A stretch of DNA of 62,887 bases, the filler included, from Deltaproteobacteria bacterium (GTDB lineage: Bacteria > JAUYMQ01): the NCBI GenBank assembly GCA_030698575.1. It is 11 parts of 11 records of this genome, joined end to end, with 100 filler letters (N's around TTAATTAATTAA, not from the genome) between each part and the next. Parts side by side here need not be neighbours in the genome. Positions count along the whole stretch, not along the records: positions 39,803 to 47,000 come from JAUYMQ010000375.1; positions 47,101 to 53,783 come from JAUYMQ010000405.1; 9 more parts are not named here. One strand, written 5' to 3'. Under the pieces are notes generated by a model. That model was given only the letters and a program-made list of their open reading frames with translations. It was not told the origin of the DNA and ran no database searches. Below are positions 40,151 through 50,328 of this stretch, in pieces; the stretch's first letter is position 1; each line of letters opens with the position of its first letter. The position numbers and the translations under genes were made by a program.

Positions 40151-42555
40151 AGGACTGGACGCTCCGCTACGAGGGTTTCGATCCGGCCCAGGAGGGCCGA
40201 CGCGAGGCCCTCTGCACGCTCGGCAACGGTTACTTCGCGACTCGCGGGGCAGCGCCGGAGGCCACCGCGGACGGGTTGCACTACCCCGGGACCTACGTCG
40301 CCGGCTGCTACAACCGCCTGACGACGGAGCTGGCGGGCCGGGCGGTCGAGCACGAGGATCTGGTGAACCTTCCCAACTGGCTCCCGCTGACCTTCCGGAC
40401 GCCCGGCGGAGACTGGCTGGATCTTCGATCTGTCGAGATCCTCTCGTATGTCCAGGAGCTGGATCTCCGCCAGGGAGTGCTCTCCCGGACGGTCCGCGTC
40501 AAAGACCGGGAAGGACGCCGGACCCGGATCGAGAGCCGGCGCCTCGTGCACATGCGCTGGCCGCATCTCGGCGCCCTTGAGACCACGCTGATCCCGGAGT
40601 CCTGGGAGGGCCCCATCGAGCTGCGGGCGGCTCTCGACGGTCGGGTCACAAACCGAGGCGTTCAGCGCTACCGTGACCTCGCGCACCAGCACCTTGTCCC
40701 GGTCGAGAGCGGGAGCGTCGGGCCCGACACCATCGCCCTCAAGATGAGGACGACCCGGTCCGAGATCGGCGTGGCCCAGGCGGCGCGGACCCGGGTCCTC
40801 CTCGACGGCAGGCTTGTGAGCGCCGCACGCCGCGTGCAGGCAGAGCCAGGCTACGTCGCCGAGACGTTTTCCGCCGAGGTGGGCCCGGACCGCCCGCTGA
40901 CCGTCGAGAAGCTCTTCGCCCTGTACACGTCCCGTGATCCCGCGATCACGGAGTGCGGCCTGGAAGCCCGGACGGCGGTTGCCCGGGCCGATGACTTCGA
41001 GGCGCTTCGGCAGTCTCACGCGCAGGCCTGGGCGCGCCTCTGGCAGCGCTTCGACATCGAGATCGAGGAGAACGACAGCGCCGATGGGGATCTCCCGGCG
41101 GCCCTGGTCCTCAGACTGCATGCCTTCCACCTCCTCCAGACCGTCTCGCCGCACACCATCGATCTCGACGTCGGCGTGCCCGCGCGCGGCCTGCACGGCG
41201 AGGCCTATCGCGGGCATGTGTTCTGGGACGAGCTGTTCGTCTTCCCGTTCGCCAATTTCCGGATGCCGGAGATCACCCGCTCCCTCCTTCGCTACAGGCA
41301 CCGGCGCCTCGGCGAGGCGCTCGCCGCTGCCCGCGCCGCCGGGTACAGCGGCGCCATGTACCCGTGGCAGAGCGGGAGCAACGGTCGAGACGAGACCCCG
41401 GTCCTGTTTCTCAACCCCAGGTCCGGCCGGTGGATGCCCGACCACTCGCAGCTGCAGCGCCACGTTGGCGCAGCCATCGCGTACAACGTCTGGCAGTACT
41501 ATCAGGCGACGGCCGACGCGGAGTTCCTCTCCGCTTACGGCGCCGAGATGGTCCTCGAGATCGCGCGCTTCTGGGCGAGCCTCTCGACCTACAACGAGGA
41601 TCTCGGCCGGTACGAGATCCTGGGGGTCATGGGACCGGACGAGTACCATGACGCCGACCCGGGCTCCGACCGACCCGGGCTCAGGAACAACGCCTACACC
41701 AACCTGATGGCGGCGTGGGTTCTCTGGCGCGCAGCCGACATGCTGCAGGCGCTGCCCCACGATCGGCAGCGGGAGCTCTGCGCCACGCTCGGCCTGACCC
41801 CTGAAGAGATCAGCCGGTGGAACGAGATCAGCCGCAAGCTCCGCTTGGTCTTTCACGGAGATGACCTCCTGAGCCAGTTCGAGGGCTACGAGCAGCTCGA
41901 GGAGTTCGACTGGGACAGCTACCGCCGCCGGTACGGGAGCCTCTACCGCCTCGACTTCATCCTGGAGCTCGAGGGAAAGAGCCCGAACCGCTACAAGCTG
42001 TCCAAGCAGGCCGACGTCTTGATGCTCTTCTATCTCTTCTCGGCAGAGGAGCTCGGGGCCCTGTTCGAGCGGCTCGGATACCCCTTCGATCCGGCCAGCA
42101 TCCCGCGCACGATCGAGTACTACCTCCGGCGCGCCGCCCGTGGCTCCTCGCTGAGCCGCGTCACCGACGCCTGGGTCCTCGCCCGCTCCGACCGACGACG
42201 GTCCTGGCATCTGTTCGTCGAGGCCCTGCGCACCGATGTCGCGGATATCCAGGGCGGGACCACGGCCGAGGGGATTCACCTGGGGGCGATGGCCGGCACC
42301 GTGGATCTCGTCCAGCGGTGCTACACGGGTCTCGAGCTGCGCGGCGACGTGCTCTGGCTGAACCCGAGGCTCCCGGACGACCTGCGGCGCCTCCGGCTCT
42401 CCGTTCGCTACCGGGGCCATTCCCTGGAGCTGGAGGTGTCCCACGAGGCGCTCACCGTGAGCGCGGCGCGGTGCGAGATGCCCGTCATGAAGTTTGGCCT
42501 CCGGACGGAGGTGCATGAGCTGACCGCGGGCGAGGTCAAGGTGTTCCCGCTGTGA
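40147..42555 (+). CDS. Glycoside hydrolase family 65 (trehalose/maltose phosphorylase-like)
   Basis: TLGNGY, YRGHVFWDE, GPDEYH, KQADV. Confidence 0.93.
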   Translation: MKDWTLRYEGFDPAQEGRREALCTLGNGYFATRGAAPEATADGLHYPGTYVAGCYNRLTTELAGRAVEHEDLVNLPNWLPLTFRTPGGDWLDLRSVEILSYVQELDLRQGVLSRTVRVKDREGRRTRIESRRLVHMRWPHLGALETTLIPESWEGPIELRAALDGRVTNRGVQRYRDLAHQHLVPVESGSVGPDTIALKMRTTRSEIGVAQAARTRVLLDGRLVSAARRVQAEPGYVAETFSAEVGPDRPLTVEKLFALYTSRDPAITECGLEARTAVARADDFEALRQSHAQAWARLWQRFDIEIEENDSADGDLPAALVLRLHAFHLLQTVSPHTIDLDVGVPARGLHGEAYRGHVFWDELFVFPFANFRMPEITRSLLRYRHRRLGEALAAARAAGYSGAMYPWQSGSNGRDETPVLFLNPRSGRWMPDHSQLQRHVGAAIAYNVWQYYQATADAEFLSAYGAEMVLEIARFWASLSTYNEDLGRYEILGVMGPDEYHDADPGSDRPGLRNNAYTNLMAAWVLWRAADMLQALPHDRQRELCATLGLTPEEISRWNEISRKLRLVFHGDDLLSQFEGYEQLEEFDWDSYRRRYGSLYRLDFILELEGKSPNRYKLSKQADVLMLFYLFSAEELGALFERLGYPFDPASIPRTIEYYLRRAARGSSLSRVTDAWVLARSDRRRSWHLFVEALRTDVADIQGGTTAEGIHLGAMAGTVDLVQRCYTGLELRGDVLWLNPRLPDDLRRLRLSVRYRGHSLELEVSHEALTVSAARCEMPVMKFGLRTEVHELTAGEVKVFPL

Positions 42556-43226
42556 CCTCGGCGACAAGGACGGTGGGTTTGGCGGGCGCGCTGGCGGCGG
42601 CGCTCGCCCTCGGGGCCTGGATGCTCTCCCGGCCTGCGCCGCCCGCGTCGGGTGTCCTCGATGTCAGCGGGCAGATCGAGGGAGACCAGGCGGCGATCGG
42701 CGCCAGGGTCGGGGGGAAGATCGTCCGACTGGCCGTACGGGAAGGGGACCGGGTCGCGGCCGGCCAGCCCTTCGCCGAGCTTGGCTCCGAGGAGGCGCGC
42801 GCCCAGCTCGAGCAGGCCGAGCACGCGCTGCACACCGCCCGGGAGCTGATGGCCGCCCAGCAGCTGGACGAGGCGCGGATCCAGTCCGCAGCCGCTGGCG
42901 TGAAGGTCGCCCGCGCCAACCTGGACGATACGCGCGTGGCCGCGCGCTTCTCCGGCACCGTCCTCACCGCGATGGTGGAGATGGGCGAGGTCGTGGCGGC
43001 GTTAACGCCCCTGGTCACCCTCGCTCCCGCGGCCCGCTCCGGCATCCGGCCCGGGGACGTGATCGTGGCCTTCCAGGGGAAGCCGATCCGGGGCGCCGAC
43101 GAGCTTCCGCGGCTGACGGCGAAAACGCCTCCCGGAAGCGACGCGGAGCTGAAGGTTCGTCGCGGCGGGGCGGAGCTCGCCATGAAGGTTCGACTCGGTG
43201 AGCCCCCGGAGGCACCAGAGCGATGA
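42552..43226 (+). CDS. Chimeric ORF: truncated HlyD-type adaptor joined to a partial PDZ domain (possible pseudogene)
   Basis: Lipoyl-hairpin-lipoyl segment (VREGDRV...GEVV), then PAARSGIRPGDVIVAFQGKPI. Confidence 0.6.
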   Translation: MTSATRTVGLAGALAAALALGAWMLSRPAPPASGVLDVSGQIEGDQAAIGARVGGKIVRLAVREGDRVAAGQPFAELGSEEARAQLEQAEHALHTARELMAAQQLDEARIQSAAAGVKVARANLDDTRVAARFSGTVLTAMVEMGEVVAALTPLVTLAPAARSGIRPGDVIVAFQGKPIRGADELPRLTAKTPPGSDAELKVRRGGAELAMKVRLGEPPEAPER

Positions 43227-43387
43227 GACCCGCGGGTCGTGTGGGGCGCGACCGTCGTCCGCCGGGTCGAGAGCGTCAGCCGGGGCACATGCGCAGCCCG
43301 GCTCCAGCGCCGGAGCGGAGCTTGAGGCGCCGTTCCTGAAGCGGATCCGTGAGTGCCACATGGTGAGCTGAACGGAGGACCCCTTTC

Positions 43388-43927
43388 ATGTCGAGCGAGC
43401 CACATCACCAGGCGTCATTGCCTCGATCCCGCCGGCGGTTCACGATGGTCCTCCTTGGCGCCATCTCGGGGGCCATCGGGGGGATTCTCGGTATCCCCCT
43501 GGGAGGCTTCTTCGGGCTTCCGGCGCTGAGGAGCCGGGAGTTCGCCTGGGCCGAAGCGGGACCGGTGGACGGCTTCAAGGTCGGCGAGATCAGGTTCGTG
43601 GCGCTCATGCCGCTCCGGCGCCCGGTGTGGCCGGAGGAGGCGCCAAGGATGGGAGCCTTCGTGTCCCGGAAGGCCGACGGCACATTCGAGGTGTTCCACA
43701 ACCACTGCACCCACGTCGGCTGCCCCGTCAACTGGAATCCCGCCGCGCAGCGCTTCTTCAGCCCATGCCACGGCGGGGTGTTCGATCGGAGCGGGCGCGT
43801 GCTCGCCGGGCCGCCTCAGCGCCCGCTGGACCGTCACGAGATGAAGGTGGAGAAGGGGGTGCTCTACGCCGGCGAGATCTATAGCGTGAACGAGCGGCTC
43901 GAGCGCGTGGGGCGGTACCACTCGTGA
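43388..43927 (+). CDS. Rieske 2Fe-2S subunit of a Rieske/cytochrome b complex
   Basis: Tat-like SRRRF plus TM, CTHVGC, SPCHGG, GPPQRPL. Confidence 0.92.
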   Translation: MSSEPHHQASLPRSRRRFTMVLLGAISGAIGGILGIPLGGFFGLPALRSREFAWAEAGPVDGFKVGEIRFVALMPLRRPVWPEEAPRMGAFVSRKADGTFEVFHNHCTHVGCPVNWNPAAQRFFSPCHGGVFDRSGRVLAGPPQRPLDRHEMKVEKGVLYAGEIYSVNERLERVGRYHS

Positions 43928-45294
43928 GTCTCGGCGCATGGCTCGACGACCGGCTGGGTACCCGGTCGCTCGCGGCGGGGTTCTTCTACCGGCGCATCCC
44001 GAGGGCCGTCGGATGGCCTCACACCCTGGGGAGCGCCACGCTCTTTCTGCTGCTCGTGCAGACCGTGACGGGCATCTTCCTGGCCTTCTACTACGTTCCC
44101 TCCGTCGAGCACGCGTACGGGAGCGTTCAGTACATCACCGAGCAGGTCCCCTTCGGCGCCTACGTGCGGGGGCTCCACCGCTGGAGCGCGAGCCTCGTGG
44201 TGATCTTCGCGGTCCTGCACCTGGTCCGGGTCTTCTTCATGGGCGCCTACAAGTACCCGCGGGAGACGTCGTGGGTGGTCGGGGTGCTGCTCCTCGGAAT
44301 CATCTTCGCCTTCGGCTTCACCGGCTACCTCCTTCCCTGGGACCAGAAGGCCTACTGGGCCACGGTGGTGGGGACGCACATCGCCGAGTGGGCGCCCGGA
44401 GTGGGCGATGTGGCCGCCCGGCTGCTCAGGGGCGGCCCCGAGGTGGGAATCAGGACCCTCGGGCGTTTCTTCGCCTTTCACGTCCTGTTTCTGCCGACGT
44501 TCCTCTGGCTCCTGGTGGCCGTCCACCTTTTCATGGTTATCCGACAGGGCATCGCCCCGCCGCCTGTCGGGCGCCTGGCCGTGATCTGCCCGGAGGAGTA
44601 CCGGACCCGCTACGAGGAATCCAAGGCCGAGGGGGCCAGCTTCCTCGAGCACCTGACCCGGGATGCCGAGGTGGCGCTCGCGCTTCTCCTGATCGCTTCG
44701 TGGCTGGCCTTGAGATACGGGGCGCCGCTGGAGGAGATCGCCGATGCCACGACGACCACCTACGTTCCCCGTCCGGAGTGGTACTTCTACTTCCTCTTCG
44801 AGCTGCTCTGGGTCTTTCCTGGACGCTGGACCGTGCTCCCCGCCTTCTGGATCCCCGTCCTGGGCTTCCTCGCGCTGCTCCTGCTCCCGTTCCTGGACCG
44901 AGGGCCGGCGCGGAGCCCACTCCGGGGGCCCGTGGCATCGCTCGCGGCGACCGCGGTGCTCGTGGGCGTCCTGTTCCTGACCTAGAAGGGTGCGACGGCC
45001 CCGGCCCCGGCCGGGCGTGCTCCGGTCGCGGGCGCCATCCTTTCTCCCGAGCTCCAGAGGGGACGCGAGGTCTTCGAGGCCCAGGGATGCGGGGCCTGTC
45101 ACACGGTCGCCGGCGAAGGCGGCGCGTCGGGGCCGGACCTGTCTAGCGTTGGAAGCCTCCGGGACGCGGCATGGCTGGGGCGTTTCGTCAGAGATCCCGA
45201 AGCGGTGAAGCCCGGCTCGGCCATGCCCGACTCCAAGGAGCTGGGGGAGGAGGGTCTGAGCGCCTTGGTCGGCTACCTCTCCTCCCTGAAATGA
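43924..45294 (+). CDS. Cytochrome b (b6 plus subunit IV) fused to cytochrome c, interrupted by an in-frame TAG at 44983-44985
   Basis: GYLLPWDQ and PEWY; the frame continues past TAG through CGACH and SAMP to TGA 45292-45294. Confidence 0.8.
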
Positions 45295-45941
45295 GGACAG
45301 CCATGAGGACGGGCCGCGTGATTCTCACGATCGGACTTGTCGCGATCACGCTCCTGGCCGGCCGCGCCTGGGGCCAGGAGACCTACGCTCTCTGGGGGGA
45401 CCCGCAGAAAGGACGGAAGGTCTATGCCGAGCACGGCTGCGCCACCTGCCACGCGATCAACGGGGTGGGAGGGAGCCTGGCGCCCGACCTGGGCCGGCCG
45501 CCGGTTCGCCACAAGACGGTGACCCAGATGGCGGGCGTGATGTGGAACCACGCTCCCCAGATGCGCCAGCTCCGGGAGTCCAAGGGGCTGGCTCCCCAGC
45601 CCCTGACAGAACCCGAGATGCTGGATCTCTTGACCTACCTCTATTCCCTTCATTTCCTCGACCAGCCCGGCAGCGCAAGGCGCGGCGAGCGGCTGTTCGC
45701 CAGCAAGGGGTGCGCGACGTGCCATCGGGTGGCGGGAGATCGGCCCGGGATCGGGTCTTCGCTGTCGCGGTTCCGCCAGTATGCCTCTCCCATCCTCTGG
45801 GCCGAGGTCATGTGGACCCACGCGGTGAACATGGAACAAAAGATGAAGGAGCTGGGGCTGGAGTGGCCCACCTTCAAGGAGAACGAGATGGTCGACGTGA
45901 TCACCTACATCCGGGCGGCGATCGAGCCTCCCAAGCGGTAG
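45291..45941 (+). CDS. Di-heme c-type cytochrome
   Basis: Signal peptide, two CATCH motifs each followed by MWxH..M; start at 45291 or 45303. Confidence 0.88.
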   Translation: MRTAMRTGRVILTIGLVAITLLAGRAWGQETYALWGDPQKGRKVYAEHGCATCHAINGVGGSLAPDLGRPPVRHKTVTQMAGVMWNHAPQMRQLRESKGLAPQPLTEPEMLDLLTYLYSLHFLDQPGSARRGERLFASKGCATCHRVAGDRPGIGSSLSRFRQYASPILWAEVMWTHAVNMEQKMKELGLEWPTFKENEMVDVITYIRAAIEPPKR

Positions 45942-45948
45942 GGAACCG

Positions 45949-46086
45949 GCGTACACCTTTCTGACGCCGGTCCTGGGGGTCCTTCTGGGAGTTCTTGTGT
46001 TCCGGGAGTCGCTGGGGCAACTCGAGGGTTTTGGCGTCGCCCTGACCGTCGCGGGGGTGGCGTTGGTCGAGTGGCCGAACCGATGA
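45949..46086 (+). pseudogene. Remnant of a DMT/EamA transporter C-terminus
   Basis: AYTFLTPVLGVLLGVLVFRESLG...GVALTVAGVALV with no start codon. Confidence 0.6.
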
Positions 46087-46280
46087 GTGGCGTCGACGTC
46101 GGAGATGCGAGGCGGGACGACGACTCCAGCGCCTCGTCGGCCGGCTGATCGAGTACTATCATGCGGAGCCTGTCCGGAGGCCCGCCTGCTTCCGTGACGC
46201 TCGCGCCAACCGGCAGCCATGGCCACCATCGAATGAGCCGACGGCGAAGATGAGGATCGATCCGGCCACAGGAGGAACCG

Positions 46281-46763
46281 ATGAAGCGGGCGACCACTGA
46301 AGTGGTGACGGGCGGGAAGCTGAAGAAGGCTCCGTCGGCCACCACGCGCAAGGGCGGGGACGGGACCGGCCGGAGCGGATCGAGCTGCCCGTTTCCGGAA
46401 CTCACCTGTCCCGCGTGTGTTCAGGCCGTGGAGGGCGCCCTGCGGGCAGTGCCCGGGGTGAGGGCGGCGACCGTGAACCTAGCCACCGGTCGGGCCTTCG
46501 TCAGCTACGAGCCGAGGGAGACCGGGCTCCCGTCTCTTCACGAGGCGGTCAAGAAGACCGGCTACCGGGTGGGCGGAGCCGCGCGCGGCGCGGCCCGGGA
46601 GGGCGGAGTACCACGTCTTCAGCGAAGGCGATGGGGAACCCATGACAGCGGAGGCAGGCGTGATGCCGGGAAGGGGCTCGGAGGGCCGACGGCTCGTGCT
46701 GGCGGCTGTCGGCATGGCCGTGATGACGCTGCTCGGCACGGGCGGGGTGGCGGGAGCCGGTGA
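46281..46763 (+). CDS. HMA-domain protein (CopZ/CopA N-terminus-like), probably a fragment
   Basis: LTCPAC..VEGAL..VPGV..ATVNLA...GY; the tail looks non-coding and overlaps the next gene. Confidence 0.6.
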   Translation: MKRATTEVVTGGKLKKAPSATTRKGGDGTGRSGSSCPFPELTCPACVQAVEGALRAVPGVRAATVNLATGRAFVSYEPRETGLPSLHEAVKKTGYRVGGAARGAAREGGVPRLQRRRWGTHDSGGRRDAGKGLGGPTARAGGCRHGRDDAARHGRGGGSR

Positions 46764-47000
46764 GCGGGATCCGGGAATCCGGAAGGTGTCGGTCGGGGCC
46801 GGCCGGAGCTACACCGACGTGAGCCCCGCCGCGCTGGCCAGGCTGCTCGAGCGCAAGAGCTTCCCGCTCATCAATGTCCACATCCCCTATGCGGGCGAGA
46901 TCGCCGGGACCGACCTCTTCCTCCCCTTCAACGAGGTGGAGGCAAACACCCGCAAGCTGCCGGCCGACAAGAGCGCGCGGCTGGTCGTGTACTGCCTGAG
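46642..47000 (+). CDS. Exported rhodanese-like protein, 3' truncated
   Basis: Signal-like N-terminus, LINVHIPYAGEIAGTD, LVVYC. Confidence 0.75.
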
Positions 47001-47100
47001 NNNNNNNNNNNNNNNNNNNNNNNNNNNNNNNNNNNNNNNNNNNNTTAATTAATTAANNNNNNNNNNNNNNNNNNNNNNNNNNNNNNNNNNNNNNNNNNNN
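47001..47100. other. Artificial contig linker
   Basis: N44-TTAATTAATTAA-N44. Confidence 0.98.
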
Positions 47101-47212
47101 GGAAGGCCCTGTCCGGGGACGAGCGCCGGCGCGCGAGAGGCGGATTCGGAGGCCAAGAGCAAACTATTTTATCAATTATTTCAACCGTTTACAGCGGAGC
47201 ATCCGAAACGCC

Positions 47213-48817
47213 CTACCCGCTCCGGCGTCTGAGGCGCGCCAGAAGGGTGCCGAGGGCGCCCCCAATCTCTTCGACGCCCAGGACCCGCCCGGCCGCTAGC
47301 AACACGCCGATTCCCGCGAAGATCGCCAGGCCGAGCGAGAGGATCTGGGCGCCCACGCCCGCTCCGGACAACGCGCCCGATATCCAGCCGTGCACCGCCA
47401 CGGCTGCGATTCCCATCGCGGCCCCGGCGAGCGAGATGCGCACGAGCGCCCCGAGAAGCGACGCCTCGCCAAGGGACCCGGCGGCGCGCCGCATGAACAC
47501 GAGAAGCAGGAAAAGGTTCAGCAGTGAGGCGAGGGAGGTTGCGAGCGCGAGGCCACGAAAGCCCATCGGCCCGATGAGGATCATGTTGAGGACCACGTTC
47601 ACCCCGACGGACAGGATCGAGATCGCCACAGGCGCGCGGGTGCGGCCGAGCGCGTAGAAAGCCGGGACCATGACCTTGACGCCGGAGTACGCGAATAGCC
47701 CGATCGCGTAGTAGCGCAGCGCCGCGGCGGTGGCCTCGGTATCAGCGGCGCCGAACTCCCCCCGTTCAAAGATCAGCCGGATGATCGGCACGGCGAGCAA
47801 GGCCAGCCCCAGAGAGGCGGGCACATTGATGGCGAAGACGAGGCGGAGCGAGTGCTTCAGCGTGCTGCGGAACTCCGCCGGATCCTCCTCGGCCACGTGT
47901 CGTGAGACGGCCGGCAGCGTCGCCGCGGCGATCGCCACGCCGAAGAGCCCGATCGGGAGCTGCATCAGGCGGAAGGAATAGTTCAGCCAGGATACGGCGC
48001 TCGGGATTGAAGCAGCGAAGTAGGTGTTCACGAAGATGTTGATCTGGGTCGCCGCCAGGCCGATGGTCGCCGGCAGCATGAGCGTAAGGATCCGCTTCAC
48101 GCCGGGATCGCCGAAAATGCGCCCGATGCCGGTGACGATCCGGAGCCGGAAACCCTCCCTCCTGAGCAGCGGAATCTGGAGCGCGATCTGACCGGCGCCG
48201 CCGAGGATCGCCGCGATTGCCATCCAGATGATCGGCTGGGGCCCGAAGAGATCCCGGCGCAGCCAGATGCCAATTCCGATCAGGATCGTGGCCAGGTTGA
48301 ACATGGCCGGCGCCAGCGCCGGGACGAAGAAACGGCCGCGGGCGTTCAGGCACCCCATCGCCCAGGCCGCAAGGGCGACGAGCAGGAGGAAGGGCATCAT
48401 GATCCGGGTAAGCTCGACCGTGAGTTCGAGCTTCCCGGGGATGCTCCCGAATCCCGCGGCATAGAGCCCCACGATCTCTTCGGCCCAGAAGATGCCGGCA
48501 AGCACGATGAAGCTGACAATGATGAGAAGCGCGTGAAGGACGAGATTCGCCAGCCGCCAGGCCGCCGGCAGCCCGTCGCGGGTTGTCGTGCCGGTGAAGG
48601 TGGGGACGAAGGCGGAGGACATGGCCCCCTCGGCGAAGAGATCGCGGAGGAGGTTGGGAATCCGGAACGCGACGTTGAAGGCGTCGGTGGCCATCCCCGC
48701 GCCGAACAGGAAGGCGAAGAACTGCTCCCTGACGAGTCCCAGGATGCGGCTGGCCATGGTGGCCAGGCTCATGAGAGATGCGGAGCGAACTATGCCGTCC
48801 CGCGTCGCTTGTCCCAT
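47213..48817 (-). CDS. murJ: Lipid II flippase MurJ
   Basis: SRILGLVRE, AFRIPNLLRDLFAEGA, RLMQLPIG. Confidence 0.96.
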   Translation of the reverse strand: MGQATRDGIVRSASLMSLATMASRILGLVREQFFAFLFGAGMATDAFNVAFRIPNLLRDLFAEGAMSSAFVPTFTGTTTRDGLPAAWRLANLVLHALLIIVSFIVLAGIFWAEEIVGLYAAGFGSIPGKLELTVELTRIMMPFLLLVALAAWAMGCLNARGRFFVPALAPAMFNLATILIGIGIWLRRDLFGPQPIIWMAIAAILGGAGQIALQIPLLRREGFRLRIVTGIGRIFGDPGVKRILTLMLPATIGLAATQINIFVNTYFAASIPSAVSWLNYSFRLMQLPIGLFGVAIAAATLPAVSRHVAEEDPAEFRSTLKHSLRLVFAINVPASLGLALLAVPIIRLIFERGEFGAADTEATAAALRYYAIGLFAYSGVKVMVPAFYALGRTRAPVAISILSVGVNVVLNMILIGPMGFRGLALATSLASLLNLFLLLVFMRRAAGSLGEASLLGALVRISLAGAAMGIAAVAVHGWISGALSGAGVGAQILSLGLAIFAGIGVLLAAGRVLGVEEIGGALGTLLARLRRRSG

Positions 48818-48938
48818 CGGGCGCCTTGACCCCCGGCCGGAAATGACCTAAGCTCTGTCGCCTTTCGCGCCCGGGAGGGGATCTCGGGCGCGGCTCTTTC
48901 TTCCCACGCAACATGCCCTGAGTGTGAGGTTCGATCCC

Positions 48939-49199
48939 GTGGCCAACCACCCATCAGCGCGCAAGCGCGCTCGTCAGAACAAGAAGCGGCACGCCGCGAA
49001 CGTCCAGATCAAGAGCGCCGTGAAATCCAGCCTCAAGAAGGCCAGGCGGCTCGTCGAGGAAACCTCGAAGGATGCCGCCGCGCAGGTCCGGCTCGCCGAG
49101 TCGGCGATCAAGCGCGCGGCCTCCAAGGGGCTCGTCCCGAAGCGCCGCGCTTCCCGCCAGATCTCCCGGCTCGCCAAGGCGCTTACGCGCGCGAAGTAG
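48939..49199 (+). CDS. rpsT: 30S ribosomal protein S20
   Basis: ANHPSARKRARQ, AASKG, ASRQISRL; GTG start. Confidence 0.95.
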   Translation: MANHPSARKRARQNKKRHAANVQIKSAVKSSLKKARRLVEETSKDAAAQVRLAESAIKRAASKGLVPKRRASRQISRLAKALTRAK

Positions 49200-50328
49200 A
49201 CGCGCCTGCCGACGCCGATTTCCCGCCACAGAAACGCCAGACCCACGCATCAATAAGCAGTCGCGGCGGTACCGCGCTCGACTTGAGTCGGCGATCCGCC
49301 TCGACGAGCCGCGCCAGGGCGGAGATCAGTTCTTCCCGGCTGAAGCGCGACGCCCCCGCCAGCGCCTTCTCTACCCTGAAGCTCTGGCGCCCCTTGAATC
49401 CAAGAACGTCCATCAGCTTCGCGACGAGCTCGCGACCCCGGAGCTTGCTCGCGACCGCCGCTTCCTTGGCCGTCAGCATCAGCCTGACTTCGGTGCGCAG
49501 CATGCCGAGCAGCGGGAACAGGGCTTCATCCAGCCTCCGGAACCCGCCGAGGTATCGGTCGAGAGCCGCGAGGGCGAGGTCGGCGTCGCGCGCCTTGATG
49601 GCATCAGTGAACGCCCAGACGAGTGCCCCGCCGCGGTCCGCTACCGCCTGTTCGACGTGGGATTCGGTGATCTCCGCTCCTTCCCCAACAAACAGCACGA
49701 GCTTCTCGAGCTCTCCCGCAGCGGCCGCCAGGGCGTTCCCCGAATACTGAACCAGAAGCTCGGCTGCTCCCGGCCGGAGCCGCTTTCCGAGCCGCCGGGC
49801 CTCCTCCTCGAGCCAGGAAGCAAGCTGCTGGTCCTGCGGACTCGCCAGCTCGCAGACAACCGCCGACCGGGACAGCGCCTTCCCGAGCCGCGTGCGCAGG
49901 TCGGGCTTGTCGCCGACGAGGACCAGACAGGTGGTCGGCGAGGGGGAGGCGAGGTAGTTCGATAGCGCGTCACCGGGGTCCGCACCGGCGCCCTCCGCCT
50001 CCGGTTCGCCGGCGGCGCGGCTTCGAAACAGCTGCTCCGCGCGGCGCACCACGACGAGCCTCCGGGGGGTCATGAAGGGGAGCTGGCGCGCGGCGTCGGA
50101 GATCTCGGCGGCGCTCTTCTCGGCGGCGTCCAAGAGATCGGCGTTGAAGGTTTCGTTCCCTTCCGATCCCTTGAAGGCCGCCGCGCGGATGGCGCGCAGC
50201 GCGTCGTCGCGCAGGCGAAGATCATCGCCCTGAAGATAGTAGACGGGGGCAATCTCCCCCTTCCCGAGCGTTCGCTCGAGATCGCGGAAGCCGAAGGTGC
50301 CGCGCGTTCTCTTCGCCGAAATGTTCAG
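49183..50328 (-). CDS. holA: DNA polymerase III subunit delta
   Basis: PVYYLQGDD, QLPFMTPRRLVVVR, ELEKL, ADRRLKS; leuS-lptE-holA order. Start placed tentatively at CTG 50328. Confidence 0.88.
   Translation of the reverse strand: MNISAKRTRGTFGFRDLERTLGKGEIAPVYYLQGDDLRLRDDALRAIRAAAFKGSEGNETFNADLLDAAEKSAAEISDAARQLPFMTPRRLVVVRRAEQLFRSRAAGEPEAEGAGADPGDALSNYLASPSPTTCLVLVGDKPDLRTRLGKALSRSAVVCELASPQDQQLASWLEEEARRLGKRLRPGAAELLVQYSGNALAAAAGELEKLVLFVGEGAEITESHVEQAVADRGGALVWAFTDAIKARDADLALAALDRYLGGFRRLDEALFPLLGMLRTEVRLMLTAKEAAVASKLRGRELVAKLMDVLGFKGRQSFRVEKALAGASRFSREELISALARLVEADRRLKSSAVPPRLLIDAWVWRFCGGKSASAGASTSRA

Noticed and set aside
25595..44985. Genome-wide reassignment of TAG
   Set aside because: TAG is the normal stop of clear genes such as alr, rpsT, murJ, the SDR and the peroxiredoxin; only local readthrough remains possible
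48920..48940. GGTTCGATCCC resembling a tRNA T-arm
   Set aside because: No cloverleaf; it is the rpsT leader and RBS region
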